From Alphaproteobacteria bacterium (GTDB lineage Bacteria; Pseudomonadota; Alphaproteobacteria; MPNO01): 64,000 nucleotides of DNA. The stretch is taken from positions 960,001 to 1,024,000 of the forward strand of contig OZ219865.1 of assembly GCA_964291675.2 (NCBI GenBank), given 5' to 3'. The first letter of the stretch is position 1. Each line of letters begins with the position of its first letter. Shown piece by piece: positions 1 to 9,836 of the stretch. The notes beneath the pieces were generated by a model that saw only the letters and a list, made by a program, of their open reading frames with translations, made no database searches and was not told the origin of the DNA. Made by a program: the position numbers and the translations under genes.

Positions 1-214
1 GCCCGGCCGGGCCGGCGGCGATCAGCGCGCCGACGATGATCACCGAGGAGATCGCGTTGGTGACGCTCATCAGCGGCGAGTGCAGCGCCGGGGTCACGTT
101 CCACACCACGTAGTAGCCGACGAATATGGCGAGAACGAACACGGTGAACAGGAAGATGAACGGATCCGTCGAGGCGGCTTCCGCCGCCGGTTGCGCCGCG
201 TCTTCGGGTTTCAC
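1..214 (-). CDS. pntAB: NAD(P) transhydrogenase subunit alpha part 2 (3' end runs off window)
   Basis: Manual translation from GTG at 214: MKPEDAAQ...[39 protein letters not shown], the typical PntA2 motif; GTGA overlap with pntAA stop. Confidence 0.92.
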   Translation of the reverse strand, partial: MKPEDAAQPAAEAASTDPFIFLFTVFVLAIFVGYYVVWNVTPALHSPLMSVTNAISSVIIVGALIAAGPAG

Positions 215-1383
215 GCTACATCCTTGTCGGCGGGCCGGGCGGTCAGCGAGGGGTGGACGACCGCGCCGCCGCGGGCGATCAGGCAGGCCGTGACGATCTC
301 GTCGTCCCAGTCGATCGCCAGCGTCCGGTTCTCGCGATCGACGAAAGGGGTGAGGAAGTTGAGCAGGTTGCGGGCATACATCGAGGACGCGTTCTCGGCC
401 AGCCGGCTCGGCATGTTGACATGGCCGATGATGGTGACGCCGTGGCGCAGCGCGACCCCGCCGGGCTCGCTGAGCGCGCAATTGCCGCCCTGCTCGACCG
501 CGAGGTCGACGATCACCGAGCCCGGACGCATCGCGCGCACCATGTCGGCGGCGATCAGCACCGGCGCCGGCCGGCCGGGGATCAGCGCGGTGCAGACGAC
601 GATGTCGTTGCGCTCCAGCGCCACGCCCAGAACCGCCGACTCGCGCTCCTTGTAGGTGGCGCCCATCTCCCTGGCGTAGCCGCCGGCGGTCTCGGCGTCG
701 GCGGCGGCGTCCCGGTCGACGGCGAGGAACTTGGCGCCGAGGCTCTCGACCTGCTCCTTGACCGCCGGGCGCACGTCATAGCCGGTGACGATGGCGCCGA
801 GCCGCCTCGCCGTGGCGATCGCCTGGAGCCCGGCGACGCCGGCGCCGAGCACCAGCACCCGCGCCGGCGGGATGGTGCCGGCCGCGGTCATCATCATCGG
901 CAGGGCGCGCCCGAAGGCGGCAACGCCGTCGATCACCGCCCGGTAGCCGGCGATGTTGGACTGCGAGGACAGGATGTCCATCGACTGCGCCCGGGTGATG
1001 CGCGGCAGCAATTCGAGGGAGAAGGCGGTGAGCCCCGCCTCGGCATAGGCCGCGGCGTGGTCGGCGTGCTGCAGCGCGCCGAGCGCGCCGATCACCACCG
1101 CGCCCGGCTTCATCAGCGCGAGCTCGTCGCCGCCCTCCTCGCCGCCGATCAGCGGGCGCTGGACTTTTAGCACCACGTCGCCGTCCGACAGCGCCGCCGC
1201 CTCGTCGGCGGCGATCGCCGCGCCGGCCTCCTCATAGGCCGCGTCGGGGAAGCCGGACTCGATCCCGGCGCCGGTCTCGACGACGACCTCGAAGCCGAGT
1301 CCGACCAGCTTTTTCGCCGTGTCGGGGGATGCGGCGACCCGCCGCTCATCGCGCCGCCGTTCCTTGGGTACCGAAAGTTTCAT
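211..1383 (-). CDS. pntAA: NAD(P) transhydrogenase subunit alpha part 1
   Basis: MKLSVPKE...[37 protein letters not shown]; start trimmed to ATG at 1383. Confidence 0.95.
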   Translation of the reverse strand: MKLSVPKERRRDERRVAASPDTAKKLVGLGFEVVVETGAGIESGFPDAAYEEAGAAIAADEAAALSDGDVVLKVQRPLIGGEEGGDELALMKPGAVVIGALGALQHADHAAAYAEAGLTAFSLELLPRITRAQSMDILSSQSNIAGYRAVIDGVAAFGRALPMMMTAAGTIPPARVLVLGAGVAGLQAIATARRLGAIVTGYDVRPAVKEQVESLGAKFLAVDRDAAADAETAGGYAREMGATYKERESAVLGVALERNDIVVCTALIPGRPAPVLIAADMVRAMRPGSVIVDLAVEQGGNCALSEPGGVALRHGVTIIGHVNMPSRLAENASSMYARNLLNFLTPFVDRENRTLAIDWDDEIVTACLIARGGAVVHPSLTARPADKDVA

Positions 1384-1483
1384 GACCACGTTGTGCCCGG
1401 GTGCGGAAATTGCGCGCTTGGAAGCCCCTTCGCTTGGTACGAACCAAAGGGTGGCGATGTCAACCGGTTTGATTCGACTGGGC

Positions 1484-2305
1484 TTATTCTCGCTGGCCGA
1501 AGGCCGCCGCGAGCGCGGAGTCGAAGGCCTCGGGGCGTTCGAGCGCGGCATAATGCCCCGCCCCGCCGATCGCCGTGAAGCCCGCCCCGGGCAGGCTTTC
1601 GGCGAGCCCCCGGCACCGTTCGGGCGGCGCCAGCCTGTCCTCGGCGCCGGCGATCACGTGCACCGGCGCCGCGATCCCGGCCGCCATGGCGGCGAGGTCG
1701 GCCCCTGCCATCATGGCGACGGCGGGAAGGTAGCCCTCTTGCCGGGCCGCGGCCATGGCGTCGGTGACCTCCGCGAGCAGCGCCGCGGGCGCGCCCGGCG
1801 CCAGCAGTCGCGGCGCCCTATCCTCGGCGAAGCCGCGCGGGCCGAGCCGCAGGAACGCGCCGGTCCGTTCGGCGACCGCCGCTTCGCGCTCGTTCGGCGC
1901 CAGCGCGCCGAAGCCGAATAGCGGGTGGGCGAGAACCACCCCGCTCGTCCGATCGGGGCGCGAGCGGGCGAAGGCGGCGGCGACCAGCGCGGCGACCGAC
2001 TGGCCCACCAGGAAGGCCCGGTCGACGCCCAGCCGGTCGAGCAGCGCCGCCAGCGCGTCCGCGTAGTCCGCCGGTCCCGGGGTCCCGGGCAGCGGGTCGG
2101 AGCCGCCATAGCCCGGCATGTCCCAGCCGACGACCCGGAACCGGCCGGCGAGCGACGCGTATTGCCGCCGCCACATCGCCGCGCCGCCGCCGAGCCCGTG
2201 CAGCAGCGCCAGCGCCGGCAGCGACCCGTCCCCCGCCTCCCGGTAGGCGATGCGGCCGCCGCCGGCCGCGGCGGTGCCGGTGATCGTCGAGTCTGCGGTC
2301 TTCAT
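1484..2305 (-). CDS. alpha/beta fold hydrolase
   Basis: HGLGG oxyanion motif, DMPGYG, GQSVA nucleophile elbow, C-terminal GAGH. Confidence 0.85.
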   Translation of the reverse strand: MKTADSTITGTAAAGGGRIAYREAGDGSLPALALLHGLGGGAAMWRRQYASLAGRFRVVGWDMPGYGGSDPLPGTPGPADYADALAALLDRLGVDRAFLVGQSVAALVAAAFARSRPDRTSGVVLAHPLFGFGALAPNEREAAVAERTGAFLRLGPRGFAEDRAPRLLAPGAPAALLAEVTDAMAAARQEGYLPAVAMMAGADLAAMAAGIAAPVHVIAGAEDRLAPPERCRGLAESLPGAGFTAIGGAGHYAALERPEAFDSALAAAFGQRE

Positions 2306-2526
2306 GACGACTCGAACGTCGAACGGGGCAGGCCGGACTGACGGATGATCGACATCAGCGTCCCCGCACGTAGCTCGCGATGGTCGGGAACGGGCACGGT
2401 CACCGTGCCGTCCGCGTCGGTCTTCTGCATCGCCACATGGCTGCCGCGCCGTCTCGCCTCCACGAAACCATGGGAGGCGAGTATCCGGCAGACTTCCCGG
2501 CCCGAAAGGACCCGCAGCCTAGCCAA
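2302..2526 (-). CDS. hicA: HicA family toxin
   Basis: 74 aa, LSGREVCRIL...GF...RRRGSH...TVPVP.H.EL..GTLMSIIRQSG. Confidence 0.9.
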   Translation of the reverse strand: MARLRVLSGREVCRILASHGFVEARRRGSHVAMQKTDADGTVTVPVPDHRELRAGTLMSIIRQSGLPRSTFESS

Positions 2527-2740
2527 CCGCGATGTCGACGTGGGTTACGTAGACCTCCCCGCGCAGGCGCCTGTCCACCTCCCCGGCGCTGGCGGTTTCG
2601 AAGAACAGGGTCAGCGCCTCGGCCAGGTTGTCGCGCGCTTCGGCCACGCTGCCCCCCTGGCTCGCGACATCCACCTCCGGGCACAGGGCGACATACCCGT
2701 CGCCTTCGCGTTCTACGATCGCGGTCAACCGCCGGTTCAT
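2519..2740 (-). CDS. hicB: HicB family antitoxin (short, no DNA-binding domain)
   Basis: MNRRLTAIVEREGDGYVALCPEVDVASQGGSVAEARDNLAEAL; overlaps hicA start. Confidence 0.88.
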   Translation of the reverse strand: MNRRLTAIVEREGDGYVALCPEVDVASQGGSVAEARDNLAEALTLFFETASAGEVDRRLRGEVYVTHVDIAVG

Positions 2741-2793
2741 GCCCTGCCCTCCTGTGGCAGCCGCGACCCGCCTGCGCCGCAGGCCGCGCGGGC

Positions 2794-3573
2794 TTACCAC
2801 GCGTTCCAGCCGCCGTCCACCACCAGCGCGGTGCCGGTGATCAGCGCGGCGGCGGGCGAGGCGAGGAACACCACCGCCCCCATCACGTCCTCCAGATTGC
2901 CGAGCCGGCCGAGCGGAATGCGCGACAGCGTGTCGTCCAGAAATTCCCGGTTCTCGAAGAACGGCGCGGTCATCGGCGTGACGATGAAGGTGGGGCCGAT
3001 CGAGTTGACCCGGATGCGGTGCCGCGCGAGGTCGAGCGCCATCGACCGGGTCAGCCCCTCGACGGCGTGCTTGGAGGCGGCATAGACGGTCCGGTTGGGG
3101 GCGCCGACATGGCCGAGCTGGGACGAGATGTTGACGATCGCCCCGCCAGCGCCGGCCCGAGCCATCCGGCGGGCGGCGGCCTGGCCCACCATGAAGGTCG
3201 CCTTGAGGTTGAGGTTCATGATGGTGTCGTAGTGGTCCTCGGTCACCTCGAGGAACGGCTCGGGGATGTTGCAGCCGGCGTTGTTGACCAGGATGTCGAG
3301 GCGCTCCAGCCCGGCGATCGCGGCGCCGGCGGCGGCGGTGTCGGTCACGTCGCAGACCACCGGCTCGGCGCTGCCCCCGTCGCCCCGGATCAGCGCCGCC
3401 ACCGCGTCGAGATCGGCGCGGGTGCGGCTGATCAGGGCGACATGGGCGCCGGCCTGGGCGAGCGCGATGGCCGCCGCCCGGCCGATGCCGCGCCCGGCGC
3501 CGGTGACCGCGGCGGCCAGGCCGTCGAGCCGCATCGACGGCGTCCTGAGCCTGTCGGACGGGATTTGCGCCAT
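2794..3573 (-). CDS. SDR family oxidoreductase
   Basis: TGAGRGIG, NNAG, YAASK, VDGG; start ATG 3573. Confidence 0.9.
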   Translation of the reverse strand: MAQIPSDRLRTPSMRLDGLAAAVTGAGRGIGRAAAIALAQAGAHVALISRTRADLDAVAALIRGDGGSAEPVVCDVTDTAAAGAAIAGLERLDILVNNAGCNIPEPFLEVTEDHYDTIMNLNLKATFMVGQAAARRMARAGAGGAIVNISSQLGHVGAPNRTVYAASKHAVEGLTRSMALDLARHRIRVNSIGPTFIVTPMTAPFFENREFLDDTLSRIPLGRLGNLEDVMGAVVFLASPAAALITGTALVVDGGWNAW

Positions 3574-3645
3574 CTGCCTTCCCCCAGTGTTGACTCGTCC
3601 ATTGCCATCAAACCTAATCGTTCCGCCATCACCAAGGGGGGTCCG

Positions 3646-4614
3646 ATGCCGCGACGATACACCGAGGGCAAGCTCGACATGGCGATCCTGCGCGAGACCG
3701 CGGAGCGCTGCAAGAACTGGGGCAAGTGGGGGCCGGACGACGAGATCGGCACGCTCAACTACATCGCGCCGGAGACGGTGGTCGCCGCGGCCGGGCTGAT
3801 CCGCACCGGAAAGAGCTTCTCGCTCGCCCTCAATTTCGACCGCAACGGGCCGCAGAAGGGGCTGTGGGGCAACCGTTTCAACCCGATCCACACCATGCTG
3901 GCCACCGGCACCGACGCGGTCTCGGGCACGCAGGACGAGGGCGGCATCCGCTACGCCGACGACATGGTATCGCTGCCGCTGCAATGCGGCACGCAGTGGG
4001 ACGCGCTGGGCCACATCTTCTACGACGACAAGATGTGGAACGGCTACGACGCCAGGCTGGTCGATTCCGACGGCGCCCAGAAGAACGGCATCGAGAAGGT
4101 GAAGGACAAGATGGCCGGGCGCGGCGTGCTGCTCGACGTGGCCCGCCATTGCGGGGTCGACTTCTTCGAGGACGGCACGGCGATCACCAATGACGACCTC
4201 GACGCGACGGCGGAGGCGCAGGGGGTGGAGATCCGGCGCGGCGATTTCGTGATCGTGCGCACCGGACAGATGGAGCAGCGCCTGGCGATCGGCGAATGGG
4301 GCGGCTATGCCGGCGGCGACGCGCCCGGCCTCGCCTTCGAGACCGCGGAGTGGATCCACGGCAAGGAAATCGCCGCGATCTGCACCGATACCTGGGGCTG
4401 CGAGGTCCGCCCGAACGAGACCACGGAGGCGCAGCAGCCCTGGCACTGGGTGGTGATCCCGATGATCGGCATCACCATGGGCGAGATCTTCTACCTCAAG
4501 GACCTCGCCGAGGACTGCGCCGGGGACGGGGTCTACGAGTTCTTCTTCTGCGCCCCGCCGCTGCCGATCACCAAGGCGGTGGGCTCGCCGCTCAACCCGA
4601 TGGCGATCAAGTAG
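3646..4614 (+). CDS. cyclase family (kynurenine formamidase-like) metallohydrolase
   Basis: [41 protein letters not shown]. Confidence 0.88.
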   Translation: MPRRYTEGKLDMAILRETAERCKNWGKWGPDDEIGTLNYIAPETVVAAAGLIRTGKSFSLALNFDRNGPQKGLWGNRFNPIHTMLATGTDAVSGTQDEGGIRYADDMVSLPLQCGTQWDALGHIFYDDKMWNGYDARLVDSDGAQKNGIEKVKDKMAGRGVLLDVARHCGVDFFEDGTAITNDDLDATAEAQGVEIRRGDFVIVRTGQMEQRLAIGEWGGYAGGDAPGLAFETAEWIHGKEIAAICTDTWGCEVRPNETTEAQQPWHWVVIPMIGITMGEIFYLKDLAEDCAGDGVYEFFFCAPPLPITKAVGSPLNPMAIK

Positions 4615-4616
4615 CC

Positions 4617-5918
4617 ATGTCCAGGGTGCTGAAGGAGGCGAAGAGCGCCGAGGACCGGCGCGCCGAGGACAGCGCGGTCCGCAGGACGGTCGAGGACATC
4701 CTCGCCGACATCGAGGCGCGCGGCGACGCGGCGGTGCGCGCGCTGTCCGAGAAGTTCGACGCCTGGTCGCCCGAGAGCTTCCGCCTGACCCGGGGCGAGA
4801 TCGACGCGCTGATCGCCGCGGTGCCGGACGAGGTGATCGCCGACATCGAGTTCGCCCAGACCCAGATCCGCAATTTTGCGCAAATCCAGCGCGACTCGAT
4901 GGCGGACGTGGAGGTCGAGACCATGCCGGGCGTCGTCCTCGGCCATCGCAACGTGCCCGTCGGCAGCGTCGGCTGCTACGTGCCGGGCGGGCGCTACCCG
5001 ATGGTGGCGTCGGCGCATATGAGCGTGATCACCGCCAAGGTCGCGGGGGTGGAACGGATCGCCGCCTGCACCCCGCCGACCGGCGGCGCCCCGCATGCCG
5101 AGACCGTGGCCGCCATGGCGCTGGCGGGCGCGGACGAGATCTACATCCTGGGCGGCGTGCAGGCGGTCGGCGCCATGGGTCTCGGGACCGGGAGCATCGC
5201 CCCGGTCGACATGCTGGTCGGTCCCGGCAACGCCTATGTCGCCGAAGCCAAGCGCCAGCTCTATGGCAGGGTGGGGATCGACCTGTTCGCCGGGCCGACC
5301 GAGATCCTGGTGGTCGCCGACGAGACGGCGGACGCCGAGATGGTGGCCACCGACCTGCTCGGCCAGGCCGAGCACGGACCGACCTCGCCGGCCACCCTGA
5401 TCACCACCTCCGAAGCGCTCGCCGCTGCGGTCCCGGCCCAGATCGAGCGCCAGCTCGCGGTGCTGCCGACCGCCGAGGTGGCGGGCGCGGCGTGGCGCGA
5501 CTACGGCCGCATCGTCGTCGTCGACTCCGACGAGGAGGCCGCCCGGGAGGCCGACAGGGTGGCCTGCGAGCATGTCGAGATCCTGACCCGCGAGCCGCGC
5601 TGGTTCCTGGAGCGGATGCGCAATTACGGCTCGATGTTCCTCGGCCCGGAAACCAACGTCTCATACGGGGACAAGGTGATCGGCACCAACCACACCCTGC
5701 CGACCAAGGGTGCGGCACGCTATACTGGCGGGCTCTGGGTCGGCAAGTTCCTCAAGACCGTGACCTATCAGAGCTGTACCGAGGAGGCGAGCGTCGCGGT
5801 CGGCGAGTACTGCTCGCGCCTGTGCGCGATCGAGAAGTTCTGGGGCCACAAGGAGCAGGCGGATCTCAGGCTGCGCCGCTATGGCGGGCGCAATATCGGG
5901 CTGGGCGCCGAGCGCTGA
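4617..5918 (+). CDS. histidinol dehydrogenase homologue (HisD/HpsN-like)
   Basis: [51 protein letters not shown]; not in a his operon. Confidence 0.85.
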   Translation: MSRVLKEAKSAEDRRAEDSAVRRTVEDILADIEARGDAAVRALSEKFDAWSPESFRLTRGEIDALIAAVPDEVIADIEFAQTQIRNFAQIQRDSMADVEVETMPGVVLGHRNVPVGSVGCYVPGGRYPMVASAHMSVITAKVAGVERIAACTPPTGGAPHAETVAAMALAGADEIYILGGVQAVGAMGLGTGSIAPVDMLVGPGNAYVAEAKRQLYGRVGIDLFAGPTEILVVADETADAEMVATDLLGQAEHGPTSPATLITTSEALAAAVPAQIERQLAVLPTAEVAGAAWRDYGRIVVVDSDEEAAREADRVACEHVEILTREPRWFLERMRNYGSMFLGPETNVSYGDKVIGTNHTLPTKGAARYTGGLWVGKFLKTVTYQSCTEEASVAVGEYCSRLCAIEKFWGHKEQADLRLRRYGGRNIGLGAER

Positions 5919-5931
5919 CCGGCTCGGCCCC

Positions 5932-6399
5932 CTACCAGGTGACCGTTCCGACGCGCCAGACCGTGTTCTCGACGCAGACCGTGATGCGGCGCCCGCGACG
6001 CGGCACCAGCAACAGGAGCCAGACCGGCAGGCCGATCGCCACGGCCACCCCCGCCTGCCCGGCCGGTCCGGCCGCCGCGGCCAGCAGGCATCCGACGATC
6101 CCGAGAAGCGCCAGCACCGGGAATGCCGTCCGCAGCGCAGGCGGGCGCGACGGCCCCAGCGCCACCCAGGCCAGCGCCAGCGGCAGGCCGCCGGCCGCGA
6201 GATACGCCCAGCCTTCGGGCTGAACGGGGAGCGCCGCCCCGCCCAGCGCGGTCCCGAAAACCGCTACTCCCGCCGGCAGCCACAACAGCCCCGCCAGCAC
6301 CGCGGCGAGCTGCCCGGTTGCCGATCGCCGCCGTTCGCCCGCGGCCGCCTGCCCCGGGCTACCGGCCGAGAACATGTGAACCGGCAAATTTGTCAACAT
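5932..6399 (-). CDS. hypothetical membrane protein
   Basis: Several hydrophobic segments; fills the gap between convergent genes; start uncertain. Confidence 0.5.
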   Translation of the reverse strand: MLTNLPVHMFSAGSPGQAAAGERRRSATGQLAAVLAGLLWLPAGVAVFGTALGGAALPVQPEGWAYLAAGGLPLALAWVALGPSRPPALRTAFPVLALLGIVGCLLAAAAGPAGQAGVAVAIGLPVWLLLLVPRRGRRITVCVENTVWRVGTVTW

Positions 6400-6595
6400 G
6401 CGCGTTCCGCAACGATGTAACGGTCCGCTGCGGCCTCCTTCTTGCTCTCGGTCGGAGACTATGCGGTACCGGGCGGCTTCTCCAACATCCTTAATTCGCC
6501 GTCCGGGAGCGCATTTGCACTAATATTTTTTTTGTGACCGAAATGCAACAGCCACCGATGCAAGCCGGCAAATGGCTTTCCGGGAGGACCGCCCG

Positions 6596-7888
6596 TCACG
6601 CCGGCGACCGGAACAGACGGTCGAGCTCGCGGTAGTCCGGCGGCACGGTGCCGATTGCCTCGCCGGCGCGAAGCACCGCCCGTCCGCTCTCGGCACGGGA
6701 CAGGAGCTCGCTGTAGCCGCGCCCGCGGAACAGCACGAGGTCCGCCGTCCCGCCCACCGCGACGAGGCCGGGGCTGTCGAGCCCCATGACCTCGATCGGC
6801 GTCGCGGTAACGCTGCGCGGCCAGTCGTTCATCGGCAGGTCGATATGGGCGATGCGCGCCGCCTGGCCGAAAACCTCGAGCATGTCGTGGTCGCCGTAGC
6901 CGTAGAACGGATCGCGGCAGTTGTCGCTCGCGAAGGACACCGGGATGCCGCGCGCCGCCATCTCGCGCACCAGCGTGACGCCGCGCCGGCGCGGCGTCCG
7001 GCCGGCCTCGCGATCCATCAGGAAGGCGTTGCACATCGGCAGGCTGACCACGGCGATGCCCGCCTCGGCCACGAGGTCGAGGGTGCGGTCGACGGCATCG
7101 GCGGACTGCACCGCGAGGCTGCAGCAATGGCCGCACTGGATGCGCCCGGCGAAGCGGTGGCGCAGCGCCGCCTCGGCCACGTGGCGCAGCGTCTTGTCGC
7201 GCACCTCCAGGCTCTCGTCGACATGCAGGTCGAGATCGAGCGAACGCTCGGACGCGAGGCGGAAGATCCGGTCGAGCACCGCGTCGATGTCCGGGATCAT
7301 GAACACGACCGCGCCCACGATACCGCCCGAGCGGGCAACCAGGTCGACGATGGCGTCGCTCTTGCCGTCGCGGAACTCCTCGACCCTCAGCAGGTTGACT
7401 CCCTGCAGCTCGATCCGGCCCCGCCAGTCGTCGCGCAGCTCGCGGAACACGCCCCAGGTGGTCTCCGCCTGGCCGGGCGGGGATTGCAGATGGGTGCGGA
7501 TCGCCCTGGTGCCGTGCGCGTAGGAGCATCTCAGCCCGAACTCCATGCGGGCGCGCAGGTCGTCGGCCGACCAGTTGGCGTCGCGGTCGCCCGCCACCGC
7601 CCCGGCGGCGGTCCGGAAGGTGCCGTCGGCGTTGGGCGCGCGGGTCCAGATATGGCCGATGTCGAGATGGGTGTGGATATCGGCGAAGCAGGGCCACACC
7701 TGCCCGCCGTCGAGATCGCGGTCGCCGGGCTCGACGCGGCGGGAGGGGTTACCGATGGCGCCGACGCGGCCGGCCTCGATCGCGATGTCGACGAGCGCCA
7801 GCCCCTCGCCGTCGACGGCGAGGCCCGCCGGCGGATCGGCGAGCAGGCACAGCGGAACGCGCGCGTTGCGGAGCGCGAAGGATGTCAT
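6596..7888 (-). CDS. cytosine deaminase-like amidohydrolase
   Basis: DIHTHLD, DLHVDE, GHCCSL, SDNCRDPFY.YGD.DMLE motifs. Confidence 0.88.
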   Translation of the reverse strand: MTSFALRNARVPLCLLADPPAGLAVDGEGLALVDIAIEAGRVGAIGNPSRRVEPGDRDLDGGQVWPCFADIHTHLDIGHIWTRAPNADGTFRTAAGAVAGDRDANWSADDLRARMEFGLRCSYAHGTRAIRTHLQSPPGQAETTWGVFRELRDDWRGRIELQGVNLLRVEEFRDGKSDAIVDLVARSGGIVGAVVFMIPDIDAVLDRIFRLASERSLDLDLHVDESLEVRDKTLRHVAEAALRHRFAGRIQCGHCCSLAVQSADAVDRTLDLVAEAGIAVVSLPMCNAFLMDREAGRTPRRRGVTLVREMAARGIPVSFASDNCRDPFYGYGDHDMLEVFGQAARIAHIDLPMNDWPRSVTATPIEVMGLDSPGLVAVGGTADLVLFRGRGYSELLSRAESGRAVLRAGEAIGTVPPDYRELDRLFRSPA

Positions 7889-7943
7889 GGCAGGCCCCTC
7901 TCCGGGCTTCTCCGCCGACCGCCGGACGCGCCCGTCCTGCCGG

Positions 7944-8336
7944 TCAGGTAAAGTCCTCCTCGATATGCTTCCAATAGGTGTCCTTCACGATCACCTTGCC
8001 GTCCCGGAACCGCCACAGATCGCAGCCGTGCAATTCGAGCCTCTCGCCCTTCGCGGTCGTTCCGGTCAAAGTCCATTCCGACGCGCCGAACCCGCCCGAC
8101 ACCCAGCTTCCCCGGTCCTGCCAGTGCGCATCGGGGATGGACCGGAAGCGTTCGGCCAGCGCCTCGCGCACCGCCGGCGCGCCCTCGAACCTGCGGCCCC
8201 AGGCGTCGGGGCCCCGCGCCATCAGCCAGACGACGTCGGCGGCGCAGTAACCCATGATCGCGTCGACATCGTGCCGGTTGAACGCGTCCACGATGGCGGA
8301 AACCGTCGCGACCGTTACGCCTCCGCCGACGGCCAT
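7944..8336 (-). CDS. SnoaL/NTF2-like protein
   Basis: AFNRHDVDAIM...IPDAHW...SEWTLTGT...GCDLWRFRDGKVIVKDTYWK. Confidence 0.85.
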   Translation of the reverse strand: MAVGGGVTVATVSAIVDAFNRHDVDAIMGYCAADVVWLMARGPDAWGRRFEGAPAVREALAERFRSIPDAHWQDRGSWVSGGFGASEWTLTGTTAKGERLELHGCDLWRFRDGKVIVKDTYWKHIEEDFT

Positions 8337-8480
8337 GTCCGCCTCCCCGCTGCCTCTCGATCCCGCTTATAGCGCGGGCGCCGCCGCCCTGTCGATTTGA
8401 CGGCGCCCCGTCCGCAACGCGCGCCTTCCGGGGATCGAGGGTAAAATCCCCGGAACCGAAGACAAGTTGCGACGGCTCCG

Positions 8481-9764
8481 ATGCAGCTCAACGACACCCA
8501 CGACCCGGAGCGCCGGAGCTGGGTCGGGTCGGCCAACCGGCCGGGGACCGATTTCCCGATCCAGAACCTGCCGCTCGGGATCTTCTCGGATGCCGGCGGC
8601 GGGCCGCGCGGCGGGATCGCGATCGGGGACAGTATCCTCGACCTCGCCGCCGCCGCGGGCGCCGGGCTGTTTCGCGGCGACGCGGATCGCGCCGCGCGCG
8701 CCGCGGCGGGACCCGCGCTCAACCCGCTGATGGCGCTCGGCAACGGGGCGGCGTCGGCGCTCAGGCACGCGGTCTCCGCCATCCTGACCGAGGGGAGCGG
8801 AGACCGCGGGAAGGCGGAACGCTGCCTCGTCCCGATGGAAGGGGCGACGATGGCGCTGCCGGCGGAGATCGGCAGCTTCACCGACTTCCTGACCTCCCTC
8901 GACCACACGCTTCGCATGTCGCCGAACGGAAGGACGCCGCCCGCCTTCGACCGTATCCCGATCGCCTATCACGGCCGGGCGACGACGGTCTGCGTCAGCG
9001 GCACGCCCCTGGTCCGCCCGCACGGCCAGTTCGCCGGCCCGGACGGGGCGGCGGTCTTCGGCCCGGAGCCGGCGCAGGATTTCGAGCTCGAGCTCGGCAT
9101 CTTCGTCGGGCCCGGCAACCGGAGGGGGGCGCCGATCCCGATCGACGAGGCGCCGGGGCACGCGTTCGGCTACTGCCTGCTCAACGACTGGTCGGCGCGC
9201 GGCATCCAGTTCTTCGAATCGGTGCCGCTCGGCCCGTTCCTCGGCAAGAGCATGATGACCTCGATCTCGCCCTGGGTGGTCACCGCCGAGGCGCTCGCCC
9301 CCTTCGCCGCCCCGGCGCGGGAGCGCGATCCCGGCAAGGAGCCGCCCGAACACCTGACCGGCGAGGCCGACCGGGCGGGCGGCGGGCTCGATATCGCGAT
9401 GTACGCCGACTGGTCGACCGAAGCCATGCGGCGCGGCGGCGCGGCGCCCGAGACCGTCGTCGAGACCAATTTCCGCACCATGTACTGGACGCCGGCGCAG
9501 ATGCTCTGCCACCACGCGAGCAACGGCTGCGAATTACGCCCGGGCGACCTGCTCGGCAGCGGCACCGTCTCCGGCCCGGCGGAAGGGGCGCGCGCCTGCC
9601 TGGCGGAGATCAACGGGAAGGGCACGCGGACGGTCGAGGTCGGCGGCGAGACCCGGACCTGGCTCGTAGACGGCGACGAAATCAGCTTCCGCGCCCGGGC
9701 CGAACGCCCCGGCCATGCGGCCATCGGCTTCGGCGTCTGCAAGGGAGTGGTGGCACCCCGGTAG
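8481..9764 (+). CDS. fahA: fumarylacetoacetase
   Basis: DFPIQNLPLGIF, DFELELG, LNDWSAR.IQ, PLGPFLGK, PGDLLGSGTVSG. Confidence 0.88.
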   Translation: MQLNDTHDPERRSWVGSANRPGTDFPIQNLPLGIFSDAGGGPRGGIAIGDSILDLAAAAGAGLFRGDADRAARAAAGPALNPLMALGNGAASALRHAVSAILTEGSGDRGKAERCLVPMEGATMALPAEIGSFTDFLTSLDHTLRMSPNGRTPPAFDRIPIAYHGRATTVCVSGTPLVRPHGQFAGPDGAAVFGPEPAQDFELELGIFVGPGNRRGAPIPIDEAPGHAFGYCLLNDWSARGIQFFESVPLGPFLGKSMMTSISPWVVTAEALAPFAAPARERDPGKEPPEHLTGEADRAGGGLDIAMYADWSTEAMRRGGAAPETVVETNFRTMYWTPAQMLCHHASNGCELRPGDLLGSGTVSGPAEGARACLAEINGKGTRTVEVGGETRTWLVDGDEISFRARAERPGHAAIGFGVCKGVVAPR

Positions 9765-9836
9765 CGATGGCGCCGAGGGGACCGGCAGGCCTCCGGGAGA
9801 TAGTACAACCGCCCTTCGCCGGCCGCATTTCGACCC

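Noticed and set aside
4617-5918. Calling this gene hisD or hpsN
   Set aside because: Context and motifs do not discriminate well enough, so no symbol was assigned.
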